Source of the DNA: an uncultured Planctomycetales bacterium
GTDB taxonomy: Bacteria > 4484-113 > JAFGCY01
Assembly (NCBI GenBank): GCA_964512635.1
Contig: CAZEJB010000014.1
Coordinates: forward strand, 15,704 to 79,703
Direction of reading: 5' to 3'
DNA: 64,000 bases
Position numbers and translations under genes: made by a program. The notes under the pieces were generated by a model. The model saw only the letters and a list, made by a program, of their open reading frames with translations. It was not told where the DNA came from and made no database searches. Shown here in pieces: positions 30,513 through 40,157 of this stretch (within the stretch, counting starts at the first letter, position 1; every line of letters begins with the position of its first letter).

Positions 30513-31007
30513 CTACTTAAACTTGCGCTGGTTGTCGCGCTCGATGTCGCGCTCCTTGATGCTCTCGCGCTTGTCGTAGTGCTTCTTGCCCTGGACCAGC
30601 GCGATCAGCACCTTGACGTTTCCGCGCACGAAGTAGGCCTTCAATGGAATGATGGTCAGACCTTTCTCGATCACCTTGCGGCGCAGCTTGCGCAGCTCTT
30701 CGCGGTGCAGCAGCAGCTTGCGCTTGCGCAGCGGCTCGGGCTGCTTCTCGTGGGTGCTGGCCTGCGGGTAGGGGGGGATATTGGAGCCGACCAGCCAAAG
30801 CTCCCGGGGCTCGCCGTCCTTCGGAGAGTTGAACTCGGCGTAGGCATCGGACAGCGTGAAGCCGCCACGCCGCACCATCTTGACCTCGCAGCCGCTCAGG
30901 ACGATGCCGGCCTCGAACTCCTCGAGGATCGCATAGTCGTGATAGGCCTTGCGGTTGCTGATGGTGGGATGGCCGACGCCGCCCTCGTCTTTACCCTTCT
31001 TCGCCAC
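30513..31007 (-). CDS. smpB: SsrA-binding protein
   Basis: NRKAYHDY, EAGIVLSGCEVK, RKRKLLLHR and GKKHYDKRE. Confidence 0.95.
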   Translation of the reverse strand: MAKKGKDEGGVGHPTISNRKAYHDYAILEEFEAGIVLSGCEVKMVRRGGFTLSDAYAEFNSPKDGEPRELWLVGSNIPPYPQASTHEKQPEPLRKRKLLLHREELRKLRRKVIEKGLTIIPLKAYFVRGNVKVLIALVQGKKHYDKRESIKERDIERDNQRKFK

Positions 31008-31198
31008 GGGTGGAGGATTATATCCGGGCCGGGGCAGCGAACATTCAAATCCAACAGGAGACACAGAGGCGCAGAGAACTTTGAGGGCTGCACGCCTCCG
31101 AAGACCGAAGAGATGAATTTGAGACCTGCTCAGATCGGCAGGGAATTTGGCGCCCTCCATCCTCTCAGTGTCTCGGTGCCTCCTGTTGGTTTTCTTGA

Positions 31199-31420
31199 CT
31201 AGACTCGGCCTCTGAATACAGCAGTTATCCAGCTCAGCATTCCAACAACTGGAGCAAGGACCACTATAAATAGTACGGTCAGCCATACCGGGTCCGTGTC
31301 CAGGTCACCCTGGAAGTACATGGCCGCGTCAAAGATGCTCATGATCAGGGCTACGCCAATCACGGCGACGATGACGTGATCCTTGGGCTCCGAGCCAAAT
31401 GAGTTTCGAGGCCTGCTCAT
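31199..31420 (-). CDS. Small low-GC membrane protein
   Basis: Two hydrophobic segments in 73 aa; adjacent to a 9-bp repeat pair (31060-31197). Confidence 0.45.
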   Translation of the reverse strand: MSRPRNSFGSEPKDHVIVAVIGVALIMSIFDAAMYFQGDLDTDPVWLTVLFIVVLAPVVGMLSWITAVFRGRV

Positions 31421-31480
31421 CCTTTTGAATTGTAAGTGGCGCTGCCTGTAGAATCCTACTCTTCACGCAGGGAGACTCAA

Positions 31481-33148
31481 ATGAACAAGCTCATCCAACT
31501 CGGATTCCTGGCACTGATCGCTTTGGCACTGGCCGGCTGCCCGGCGCCGCCAAAGGACACGGGCAATTCCGGCGCTACGGGCAGCCCGACCGGCAGCGAT
31601 ACCGCCAGCGCCGACCGCCCCAGCGAGTACCGCTGGCCGCTGCCTGCCGACCCGATGGGCCTCGACCCGCTCAAGGTGACCGATACGGTAAGCGACACCG
31701 TCGCCCGGCGTATGTTCAACGGCCTGGTACGCTTCAGCCCCGAGGGCAAAGTGGTGGGTGACGCTGCAGAGAAGTGGGAGATCAGCCCCGACGGCCTCGT
31801 CTATACCTTTGCTTTGCGCAGCAAGGATGGCCAGCCCGCGCTGAAGTTCCACAACGGCGAGGTCCTGGATGCTGCAGCATTCCAATACAGCTTCAAGCGC
31901 GTGCTGGATCCCGCCAACGAATGTGAGCGCGCCAACCTGCTGGAGTATGTTGCCGGCTCGGCTGACTTTGCCAGCGGCAAAGCTCCCGAAGTTGCCGGGC
32001 TTGAGGTCGTTGACCCGCTGACCTTTAAGATCACCTTGACCAAGGCCTACGCGCCCTTCCTCGACGCCCTGTGCCTGATGAGCCTCTGCGCAGTGCCGCC
32101 GCAGGCGGCGCAGGCCGCAGGCAAGGACTTCGGCGACAACCCGATCGGATCAGGGCCCTACAAGTTCGACTCCTGGGAACGCGAGCAGCGCATCGTGCTT
32201 AAGGCGAACCCCGACTACTGGGCTGGCAAGCCGGCGATCGAGACCCTCATCTTCCGCGTGATCAAGGATGAAAACACCCGCTTTGAGGAGTTCAAGGCCG
32301 GCTCGCTTGAGCACTGCGACATCCCGCCGAGCAAGATCAGCGAGGTCAACGGCGACCCCAAGCTGAAGGCGATGATCCAGGGCGCCCCGGCGATGGACAA
32401 ATACAGCTATGCCTTCAACTGCGAGAAAGCGCCGTTCAAGGACAACACAGCCCTTCGCCAGGCCTTCAACTATGCCGTCGACAAAAAGAACATCGTCAAC
32501 AACATTTGGGGTGGCCTGGTCACCGAGCAGAAAACGATCGTCCCGGCGGGCATGTTCTACTTCATGGGCGATTCCGCGGGCTATCCATATGATGTTGAGA
32601 AGGCCAAGAGCCTGCTGGAACAGGCCGGCTATCCGGGAGGGCAGGGCCTGCCCGATCTCGTGCTCAATGTCGACCTTGCTCCGACCAATAAGCTCGTGGC
32701 CGAAGCGGTCCAGGAGGATCTGAGCAAAATCGGCGTCAATGTTCGGATTGAGACCACCGACTGGGGGCCCTTCCTGGACAAAATCTATGCTGGCGACAGC
32801 CTGTTCCACCAGAGCACATGGCTGACGGACTACCCGGATCCGGACAACTGGCTGTTCCAGCTCCTCGACAGCTCCAACTTTGGCGGCAAGGGCAATACCT
32901 CGCGCTGGTCCAACAGCGAGTTTGACAGCCTGGTGCGCGCGGCCCAGGTTGAGCTGGATGAGGCCCGCCGCGCCGAGTTGTATGGCAAGGCCGAGAAGAT
33001 TGCGCTGGACGAGGCGCCCTGGCTGCTGCTGTACTGGAAGAACAGCTCAACCCTGGTCCAGCCCTATGTTCAGGACCTGACGGTGACCCAGTTCGACCGC
33101 ACGCCGCAGCTCGGCGGCAGCTGGATCGAGAAGGTGAGCCTGAAGTAG
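31481..33148 (+). CDS. Peptide/nickel ABC transporter substrate-binding lipoprotein (family 5)
   Basis: LAGC lipobox, GLDP, MFNGL, FHNG, PIGSGPY and RQAFNYAVD. Confidence 0.92.
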   Translation: MNKLIQLGFLALIALALAGCPAPPKDTGNSGATGSPTGSDTASADRPSEYRWPLPADPMGLDPLKVTDTVSDTVARRMFNGLVRFSPEGKVVGDAAEKWEISPDGLVYTFALRSKDGQPALKFHNGEVLDAAAFQYSFKRVLDPANECERANLLEYVAGSADFASGKAPEVAGLEVVDPLTFKITLTKAYAPFLDALCLMSLCAVPPQAAQAAGKDFGDNPIGSGPYKFDSWEREQRIVLKANPDYWAGKPAIETLIFRVIKDENTRFEEFKAGSLEHCDIPPSKISEVNGDPKLKAMIQGAPAMDKYSYAFNCEKAPFKDNTALRQAFNYAVDKKNIVNNIWGGLVTEQKTIVPAGMFYFMGDSAGYPYDVEKAKSLLEQAGYPGGQGLPDLVLNVDLAPTNKLVAEAVQEDLSKIGVNVRIETTDWGPFLDKIYAGDSLFHQSTWLTDYPDPDNWLFQLLDSSNFGGKGNTSRWSNSEFDSLVRAAQVELDEARRAELYGKAEKIALDEAPWLLLYWKNSSTLVQPYVQDLTVTQFDRTPQLGGSWIEKVSLK

Positions 33149-33208
33149 CGCCGTCCTTCGAGGCGGCGGAGGGATGGCAAGGCGTAAATGGCCAATTGCT
33201 TTTGTTTT

Positions 33209-33835
33209 GTAGGGGCGGGGTAGTATCCCCGCCCCGGTGGAGCCTGCTAGCAGCTGACTAAAGCAGTCCCTGGCGCTTGAGGTGCCAGCGCAGCGGGTTG
33301 CTGACCACATACTGGCGATGGAACTCAAGGTCCTTTTCGCCGTCAAGAGAGCTATCCCAAAACCCTGGTTGCCAGAATTGCCCATCGTAAGGTGGCCAGC
33401 CAAGCTCCCTGACACCAACTCCGTACTGCTTCGTACTGTGGCGCTTGAAGTTACCGATTACGGCTGACAAGTCGGGGCGCTGAGGGAAAACCTCAAGATG
33501 TGGATGCGTGAGTCGGGTTTCGACAATGCCAAGCACTGCATGGAAGTGGTCAGGCATGACAATGTGACAGTCAAGAACCAGTCCCGGATTATGTTCTGGC
33601 ATGGCCAGCCAGATCTCCTCGATTTTCCTGCCGATTGCGTTGAGCTCCAGGCTTCCTTCTACAATTCGTCCAAACAGTGGCCTGCGCTCTGCCAGGCAGA
33701 CTGTCACGAAGTAGTTGCCACGCGTGTAATCTATGCGAGGGTCACGCATCGAGTTGCGGCTGCGATAGTCCCTAGGATCTTCAGGCATCGTGCATTGTAG
33801 CCAACAGCCGGGCGGGGATGCTACCCCGCCCCTAC
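33209..33835 (-). mobile_element. RAYT locus: transposase gene between inverted GTAG-REPs
   Basis: GTAGGGGCGGGGTAGTATCCCCGCCC at 33209 and a near-identical reverse copy at 33810-33835. Confidence 0.85.
33258..33788 (-). CDS. REP-associated tyrosine transposase (RAYT, Y1/HUH)
   Basis: NYFVTVC, VMPDHFH (HUH), FKRHS, FWQPGFWD and QYVVSNP (catalytic Tyr). Confidence 0.9.
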   Translation of the reverse strand: MPEDPRDYRSRNSMRDPRIDYTRGNYFVTVCLAERRPLFGRIVEGSLELNAIGRKIEEIWLAMPEHNPGLVLDCHIVMPDHFHAVLGIVETRLTHPHLEVFPQRPDLSAVIGNFKRHSTKQYGVGVRELGWPPYDGQFWQPGFWDSSLDGEKDLEFHRQYVVSNPLRWHLKRQGLL

Positions 33836-34089
33836 AAGAAGATAAAGTGGGCTCTTGCTGTGCAAGCAGCCCGGAGATCCGCGCCAAGAGCAATGTCGCC
33901 CGAAAGAAGCGTGGGTCGCTGGCCAGGATTCTTCAACTCCCAGCGATATGCTTCGACCAACCTAATACAATAGGCGCCTTGTCGGACAGACCCACAGTTG
34001 ACCCGCCGGGAAGCGGGAATACGGGACAAAGTCCCGCGCTCCAACCTGAGCAGCCGGCCGGCTCGCCGCGGCGACTGCGTCTCCCGCCC

Positions 34090-35076
34090 CTGCTCGCCTT
34101 CGTGCTGAGGCGGCTGCTGCTGTCGATCCCGGTGCTCTTTGGTGTGACCTTCATATGCTATGGCATCCTGTCCGCCGCACCCGGTGACCCGGTGCGGATC
34201 ATCATGGGCCAGCACTATGACCCGGTCATTGCCGAACAGATCCGCAAAAGCTGGGGCCTTGACCAGCCCTGGCTGGTCCAGTACAGCCGCTTCCTCTGGC
34301 GCACGGCCCACGGCGATCTGGGACACAGCTATGCCAAGCGCACAGCGGTCGGTCCGTTTATCCTGGATAAGTTCGGCAACACCCTGCAGCTCACGCTGGT
34401 AGCTATGACGATCGCCATCGTGTTTGGCATGTCCGCGGGGATCGTCTCAGCGGCCTGGCCGCGCAGTCCGGCGGACGCCGCACTGATGATCCTCGCCGTG
34501 GCCGGCATTTCTATTCCGGTCTTCTGGCTTGGCATGTTGCTGCAGGTTAGCTTCGCCGCCAAACTTGGATGGCTGCCGGTCAGTGATATGAGCTACAGCG
34601 GCGACCTGACGACGCTCTGGAAGAGCAGCGGATCTTATCCAGCCTTCTGGTGGCAGGCCTACGGGCGCTACTTCGTGCTGCCGGGCCTGACGCTGGGCAC
34701 CGTGCCGATGGCGATCATCGCGCGGCTGACGCGCTCCAGCATGCTGGAGGTGCTCAATCAGGACTACATCCGCACCGCGCGGGCCAAGGGGCTGTCCTGG
34801 CCGCGGGTCGTGCTTACCCACGCCCTGCCCAACGCGCTGATCCCGGTGATCACCGTGATCGGCAACAACTTCGCGGCGCTGTTGACCGGCGCCGTGCTGA
34901 CCGAGACAGTGTTTGCCTGGCCTGGCCTCGGGCGCGTGATGGTCGAGGCGATCAGCCAGTTTGACTACCCGGTGGTCATGGGCGGCGTGATCCTGATGGC
35001 CTGCGTCTTCGTGCTGATCAACCTGCTCGTAGACATCACCTACGGCCTGATCGACCCACGCGTGAGGGCCGCCTGA
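34090..35076 (+). CDS. Peptide ABC transporter permease (OppB/DppB-like); start uncertain
   Basis: PGDP, GLDQPWLVQY, GDLG, and the EAA loop DYIRTARAKGL. Confidence 0.9.
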   Translation: MLAFVLRRLLLSIPVLFGVTFICYGILSAAPGDPVRIIMGQHYDPVIAEQIRKSWGLDQPWLVQYSRFLWRTAHGDLGHSYAKRTAVGPFILDKFGNTLQLTLVAMTIAIVFGMSAGIVSAAWPRSPADAALMILAVAGISIPVFWLGMLLQVSFAAKLGWLPVSDMSYSGDLTTLWKSSGSYPAFWWQAYGRYFVLPGLTLGTVPMAIIARLTRSSMLEVLNQDYIRTARAKGLSWPRVVLTHALPNALIPVITVIGNNFAALLTGAVLTETVFAWPGLGRVMVEAISQFDYPVVMGGVILMACVFVLINLLVDITYGLIDPRVRAA

Positions 35077-35990
35077 TGCAGCTGATCGCACGCCTGTGGA
35101 AGAACCCGCTGACCGCTCTGGGAATGGTGCTGGTTGCGGCGGCTATCACGGCCGCAGTGCTGTGCCCCTGGCTGTCGCCCTTTGACCCGACCAGCCAGTT
35201 CCGGGGCTATCAGTTCAAGCCGCCCGGAAGCAGGTTCACAGAAGAAGACCGCCAGACGGAGCAGGGGGAGGGTGGCAAGGCCGGCAGCAGCTTCGCCATG
35301 GGTACAGACATCCACGGGCGCGACGTGCTCAGCCGCGTACTGTATGGCGCGCGCATCAGCATGCTGGTCGGCGTTGTCGCCACGCTGCTGAACCTGCTGA
35401 TCGGCGTGGCCATCGGCATCCTTGCCGGGTTCTACGGCGGCTGGCTGGATAGCCTGCTCATGCGCGTTACCGACACTTTCTTTGCCTTTCCCGGAACGCT
35501 GTTGGCGATCATCATCCTGGCAACTTTGAGCGCCAGCCTGGGGGACAGCTATGACCCCGGCATGCTGGGGCTCTTCCTGGCGCTCGGGCTGACCGGCTGG
35601 ACCGGCATCGCGCGCGTCATCCGGGGCACGGTGCTGTCGCTGAAAGAGCGCGAGTTCGTTGAGGCCGCCCGGGCCATCGGCTGCCGTGACCTGCGCATCA
35701 TGCTGGTCCACATCCTGCCAAACTGCATGGCGCCGGTGATTGTGCTGGGGACCATGCAGGTTGCTTACAACATCCTGAGCGAAGCGGGGCTGAGCTTTCT
35801 GGGGCTTGGTGTGCAGGCTCCGGCGGCAAGCTGGGGCGGCATGCTGGCCGATGCACGGCCCTTCTTCAAGGAGAACTGGTGGTGGGGGCTTTTCCCCGGG
35901 CTGGCGCTTGGACTGGCCGTGTTGGGCTTCAATCTCTTCGGAGATGGCCTCAGGGACGTGCTTGATCCGCGCTTGCGGGCACGCAGCTAG
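35076..35990 (+). CDS. Peptide ABC transporter permease (OppC/DppC-like)
   Basis: GTDIHGRDVLSR, YGARIS, EFVEAARAIG, HILPN and SFLGLG. Confidence 0.92.
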   Translation: MQLIARLWKNPLTALGMVLVAAAITAAVLCPWLSPFDPTSQFRGYQFKPPGSRFTEEDRQTEQGEGGKAGSSFAMGTDIHGRDVLSRVLYGARISMLVGVVATLLNLLIGVAIGILAGFYGGWLDSLLMRVTDTFFAFPGTLLAIIILATLSASLGDSYDPGMLGLFLALGLTGWTGIARVIRGTVLSLKEREFVEAARAIGCRDLRIMLVHILPNCMAPVIVLGTMQVAYNILSEAGLSFLGLGVQAPAASWGGMLADARPFFKENWWWGLFPGLALGLAVLGFNLFGDGLRDVLDPRLRARS

Positions 35991-36020
35991 GGGCTGGACT
36001 GGAGGCTGTCTGCCGAGGTC

Positions 36021-36392
36021 TTAGGCTGCCGGGGCGGATGCCAGATCCAGCGGGCTGAGCGGAGGGGCATCCAGTGCATCTTCCAGCGAGCTGAACAGGC
36101 GGAAGCGCTTTTCAAGCTTGGTCAGATACAGCAGCTCGACAATCCCGGCCTTCATCCGCGCCAGATGGATAAATCCGCCGCGGGCGGTGACCATCTTCAG
36201 GGCGCTGACCAGTGCACCCAGGCCGCAGGAATCCATGATGTCCAGCTTGGCCATATCGATGACCACAGCATAAATGCTGGTCTCTTCAAGCGCTGTGGCA
36301 AAGACCTCGTTGAACTTGCTGACAGTGAACATCCCCAGCTCCCCGCTGAGGTCGACTACCAGCCGGTTGTTCTCGATCCTGTAATCAATCAT
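36021..36392 (-). CDS. STAS-domain anti-sigma-factor antagonist (RsbV/SpoIIAA-like)
   Basis: LSGEL, VIDMAKLDIMDSCGLGAL with the phospho-acceptor Ser. GAGGT RBS. Confidence 0.88.
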   Translation of the reverse strand: MIDYRIENNRLVVDLSGELGMFTVSKFNEVFATALEETSIYAVVIDMAKLDIMDSCGLGALVSALKMVTARGGFIHLARMKAGIVELLYLTKLEKRFRLFSSLEDALDAPPLSPLDLASAPAA

Positions 36393-36688
36393 GTCGCTAC
36401 CTCGTTCCAACCACCCGTTACCATGCCTGGGGCACGGCAAAGCCTACCTGACAGCAATATGCTGTGTGGCCGTTCTAAGCCATATTTGGCAGCACTTTAA
36501 CGTTGTCCTAATCGGACAGCCTGGAAAACTGCACCAATTCGATTGCACTTATCGGCCTTTCTTTTGGCGCCTTGAAGACGTTTCACAGGCGCGCAAGCTG
36601 GGTAAGACAGTTTTGAGGACGGCACAGGGCCCGCTGAGGACACCGGGGGCCGGACTTTAACCCTGTCACCACCGGGAGGGTGGTTCCG

Positions 36689-37123
36689 ATGAATGCAAAG
36701 ACTGCCAACTTAGTTGAGCTCAAAGTCCCCGTCAGCGCGGACTATGTCTCAGTAGTGCGCCTGCTGGTCTCCGGCCTCGGCAATCGTCTGGGGCTGCCGG
36801 TTGATGAGCTTGAGAATCTCAAGCTGATGATCGGCGAGGCCTTCCTGACCGTGGTTGCCAAGGCTGAAAATGCTATTGGACTGATGCACCTGACCTGGAA
36901 GCAGGAAGGGGCGCGCATCACGGTCTCCCTTTCTGACCCGAGCGGCAAGCACAAGAGCATTGCCAGCACGAATTCCGCCAGCCTGGCCCTGCTCCAGAGC
37001 ATGGGTGGCGAGCTCAGTTCTCAGGTCATCGATGGCGTGCCGCAGCTTGACCTCGGTTTCACGATCCGCTATAAGGAAGACCGGCCCCACATCTTCAATG
37101 ACAAGGAAAACGGACGAGCCTGA
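36689..37123 (+). CDS. RsbW/SpoIIAB-like anti-sigma factor with degenerate ATP-binding boxes
   Basis: LKVP..ADY.SVVRL.VSG....G...DE.E.LK..IGEA N-terminus; lies directly before the sigma gene. Confidence 0.75.
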   Translation: MNAKTANLVELKVPVSADYVSVVRLLVSGLGNRLGLPVDELENLKLMIGEAFLTVVAKAENAIGLMHLTWKQEGARITVSLSDPSGKHKSIASTNSASLALLQSMGGELSSQVIDGVPQLDLGFTIRYKEDRPHIFNDKENGRA

Positions 37124-37940
37124 GCCCAAGGTGCTTCTGCAGGTCCCGGATCTGCCGGAGGACGATGGCAAGGAACAAGAGCGCGCCGAAGAGCGCGCTC
37201 TTTTTGCTCGCTACAAAGCTGCTCCCAGTGAACGCCTCGAAGGCGAGCTGGTAGAGAAGTTCAAGCCCCTGGTCTACCGCATTGTCCACAAGTTCCGCTT
37301 CAACCCGGACCAGTTTGACGACCTTGTTCAGGTAGGCACTGTCGGGCTCCTGCTGGCGATCCGCCGGTTTGATCTTGAAACCGGCTTCCGTTTCAGCACC
37401 TATGCCTGGACCACCATCCAGGGTGAGATCCAGCGCTACTTCCGCGACAAGACCTGGGCCGTCAATGTGCCCCGCGACCTGAAGGAAAAGTCGCTGAAGG
37501 TCTTCAACGCGCGCAACGAGTACATCAACGACAACGGCCATGAGCCAACTGTGGCCGAGTTATGTCGCCGAACCGGTTTCTCCGACGAGACAATTCAGGA
37601 AGCGCTCGAGCTGGGATCCGCTTACCACCCCCAGAGCTACATGGAAAACAGCTCTGAAGGCGACGCGACCTATGCCATGGACAGCGACGGCGAAGGCTCT
37701 GAAACCACCGACATGGGTGTAACCAAGCGCAGTATCTTCTGGGAGAGCCTGCTGGGCCACCTGACCGATACGGAAGCCAAGGTGGTGCGGATGTACTTCT
37801 TCGACCAGCTGACCCAGAAGGAAATCGCCGACAGCCTCGGAACCAGCCAGATGAACATCAGCCGCATCACACGCCTGGCGCTGGGCAAGCTGCGCCACCT
37901 GCTGGTCCCGGAAGATATGGAAAGCCTCGGGACGATTTAG
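37098..37940 (+). CDS. Alternative sigma factor, SigB/SigF/SigG family
   Basis: DDLVQVG.VGL, FD...G.RFSTYA..TI.GEI.RYFRDK.W and TQKEIA..LG.SQM.ISR. Confidence 0.92.
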   Translation: MTRKTDEPEPKVLLQVPDLPEDDGKEQERAEERALFARYKAAPSERLEGELVEKFKPLVYRIVHKFRFNPDQFDDLVQVGTVGLLLAIRRFDLETGFRFSTYAWTTIQGEIQRYFRDKTWAVNVPRDLKEKSLKVFNARNEYINDNGHEPTVAELCRRTGFSDETIQEALELGSAYHPQSYMENSSEGDATYAMDSDGEGSETTDMGVTKRSIFWESLLGHLTDTEAKVVRMYFFDQLTQKEIADSLGTSQMNISRITRLALGKLRHLLVPEDMESLGTI

Positions 37941-38067
37941 CAGTCGTCGAGAGGCGCCACGCCGAGAGGCAGGAACTAAAAGCGAGATATCTTTCCTTCC
38001 AAGCGAGCGCTCAACACTCCATATGAACCCCGGGCCTGCCTGAGCGTCAACTATGATGTAGGCTCAA

Positions 38068-40035
38068 GTGGACCGCTTCTTCCTCAACCCATGGATGCTG
38101 GCGATGGCCGGGCTGGCCGGCGGCATTGTGCTGCTCTACATCCTGCGCCTCAAGCGCAAGAAGGTGCGCGTCAGCTCGACATTGCTCTGGGAACGGGTAA
38201 TCCACGACTCCAAGGCCAACGCGCCCTGGCAAAAGCTGCGCAAAAACTGGCTGATGATCCTGCAGATCATCGCCCTGTGCCTGCTGGCGCTGGCGCTGGC
38301 GCGGCCCTTCATCTTCGGCTCAGCCCTGCTCGGTGGCCGCACTGTGGTCGTGCTGGATACAAGTGCATCCATGCTGGCGGCTGACGAAGACCCGGACCGG
38401 CTCGGCCGTGCGATGATCGAGGCCGGCAAGGTACTCTCAGATCTGCGCCAGTCCGACGAGGGCATGGTCATCGCTGCCGGTCCGACGCCCAGCCTGTTGT
38501 GCGCCTTTACCAACGACAAGAACCGCCTGCTCGACGCCGTGCGCGAAGCGCGGAAGTTTGCCGGCGGCCGCGCTGACCTTAACGCCGCGCTGAAACTGGC
38601 CTCGTCGGTCAGCACTGGATCAGCCTCCCGGGTGGTGATCTTCTCCGACGGTGCGGTGGACGACCTGGACCCCTTTGCCGTCAGTGATCTGAAGATCAAC
38701 TTCTTTCCGCTTGGCCAGGACACAGAAAATCTGGGCATCACCGGCGCTGGCGCCCGGCGCAATCCGCTGACAGGCCAGTACGAGCTGTTTGTGGCGATGC
38801 AGAGCTTTTTTGGCACGCCGCAGGAAGTCGACGTTACGGTGCAGCGCGAGGACGGCGACGTAATTGATGTTCGCACTGTCCATTTTGATCCTGGTGATCG
38901 CCAGGAGGTCCTGCTTCAGAACCTCCCTTACATCGCCGAGCCGATCAAAGTCAATCTGGATTTCAAGGACAAGCTGCAGGCCGACAACGAGGCCTATGTG
39001 GTCATGCCGCGCAAGGCGGAATACCGCGTCGCGCTGTGCAGCGACGGCAAGAGCTTCCTGCTGCGCAAGGTCCTGTCCAGCCTCAGCGATGTGCTCTACT
39101 ACGAATACAAAGGCGGCAAACTGGTTGCGGCCAATGATGCTGCCAACGCCTCAGACGACGGCAGCGCGAAGATTGACGTTTTCATCGTTGAAGGCGGCGC
39201 GCAGGTGCCGATGGACGACACCGCAAGCTATCTGTTCCTCGACACCAGCAGCCACCCCCTGCTTCCGGTGATCCCCGGCGCACGCGTCGAGACGGACTTC
39301 AATGCCAGCCCGCCCGTGATTCCAGCCGTGGTTGGACTCGACCGTTCGAGCCCGCTGCTGCGCTATGTGAACTTCAGCGATCTGCGACTGAAGTCAATGC
39401 GGCAGGTTCAGCTCAAGCCCTGGGGCCGCAGCGTGGTGGATGCCAGTGTCGGCCCGCTGGTGGTCGAGGGTGAGCTGAACGGCCAGCGTTCGCTCTATCT
39501 GGCCTTTGACGTCTATGAAAGCGATCTGCCGCTGCGGGCCGCCTTTCCGATTTTCATGGCCAACGCTGTGCGCTACCTTAGCGAGCAGAGCCAGGGCTCC
39601 ATCGGCCGATCGGCGCAGTCCGGCGCAAGGGTCGATCTGCTGGCTCCGCCGGATACAACCCTGGTTGAGGTCGCTGACCCAGGCGGCGCCCGAAGCTCGA
39701 TCAAACTAAGCGCGCGGGACTTCACGCTCAGCCGCACCAACCAGGTTGGAATCTATCGCCTGCAATACAAGGATGCAGCCGGGGCTGATCTCGGCCGCCA
39801 GCTCGTACCTGTCAGCCTCGTTTCGGCAGAAGAGAGCAACATCGCGCCCGCCGCTACGCTGAAGGTTCAGGGTGCCGAAGAGGCTCTGGCCGGCATCGGT
39901 GCCGGGGATAAGCTGCAGGAGATTGCCGGCACCAAACAGGTGCGGGTCAACCGCGAGTTCTACCTGTGGCTGATCCTGGCAGTTCTGGCCTTGATCACCT
40001 TCGAGTGGTGGCTGTACCATACCCGGGCGCTTTAG
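38068..40035 (+). CDS. BatA N-terminal + VWA domain membrane protein
   Basis: NPWML..., LLYIL.L.R, ALARP, VLDTSASM (MIDAS), IFSDG and a C-terminal EW.LYH TM segment. Confidence 0.85.
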   Translation: MDRFFLNPWMLAMAGLAGGIVLLYILRLKRKKVRVSSTLLWERVIHDSKANAPWQKLRKNWLMILQIIALCLLALALARPFIFGSALLGGRTVVVLDTSASMLAADEDPDRLGRAMIEAGKVLSDLRQSDEGMVIAAGPTPSLLCAFTNDKNRLLDAVREARKFAGGRADLNAALKLASSVSTGSASRVVIFSDGAVDDLDPFAVSDLKINFFPLGQDTENLGITGAGARRNPLTGQYELFVAMQSFFGTPQEVDVTVQREDGDVIDVRTVHFDPGDRQEVLLQNLPYIAEPIKVNLDFKDKLQADNEAYVVMPRKAEYRVALCSDGKSFLLRKVLSSLSDVLYYEYKGGKLVAANDAANASDDGSAKIDVFIVEGGAQVPMDDTASYLFLDTSSHPLLPVIPGARVETDFNASPPVIPAVVGLDRSSPLLRYVNFSDLRLKSMRQVQLKPWGRSVVDASVGPLVVEGELNGQRSLYLAFDVYESDLPLRAAFPIFMANAVRYLSEQSQGSIGRSAQSGARVDLLAPPDTTLVEVADPGGARSSIKLSARDFTLSRTNQVGIYRLQYKDAAGADLGRQLVPVSLVSAEESNIAPAATLKVQGAEEALAGIGAGDKLQEIAGTKQVRVNREFYLWLILAVLALITFEWWLYHTRAL

Positions 40036-40040
40036 TTCTT

Positions 40041-40155
40041 AGAGCGCGGGACTGTGTCCCGTATCCCTGGTCAGCTTCGCATTGTCAGGATTCGTGCTTA
40101 TTCCAAGTCTCAGTGTCCTTTAAGGACGAAGAATACGGGACACAGTCCCGCGCTC
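40041..40155. repeat. Inverted GGAG-type REP doublet
   Basis: AGAGCGCGGGACTGTGTCCCGTAT, then ATACGGGACACAGTCCCGCGCTCC. Confidence 0.8.
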
Positions 40156-40157
40156 CA

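Noticed and set aside
30400-31450. tmRNA or tRNA near smpB
   Set aside because: No tRNA-like ends or T-loop motif were seen here or elsewhere in the window.
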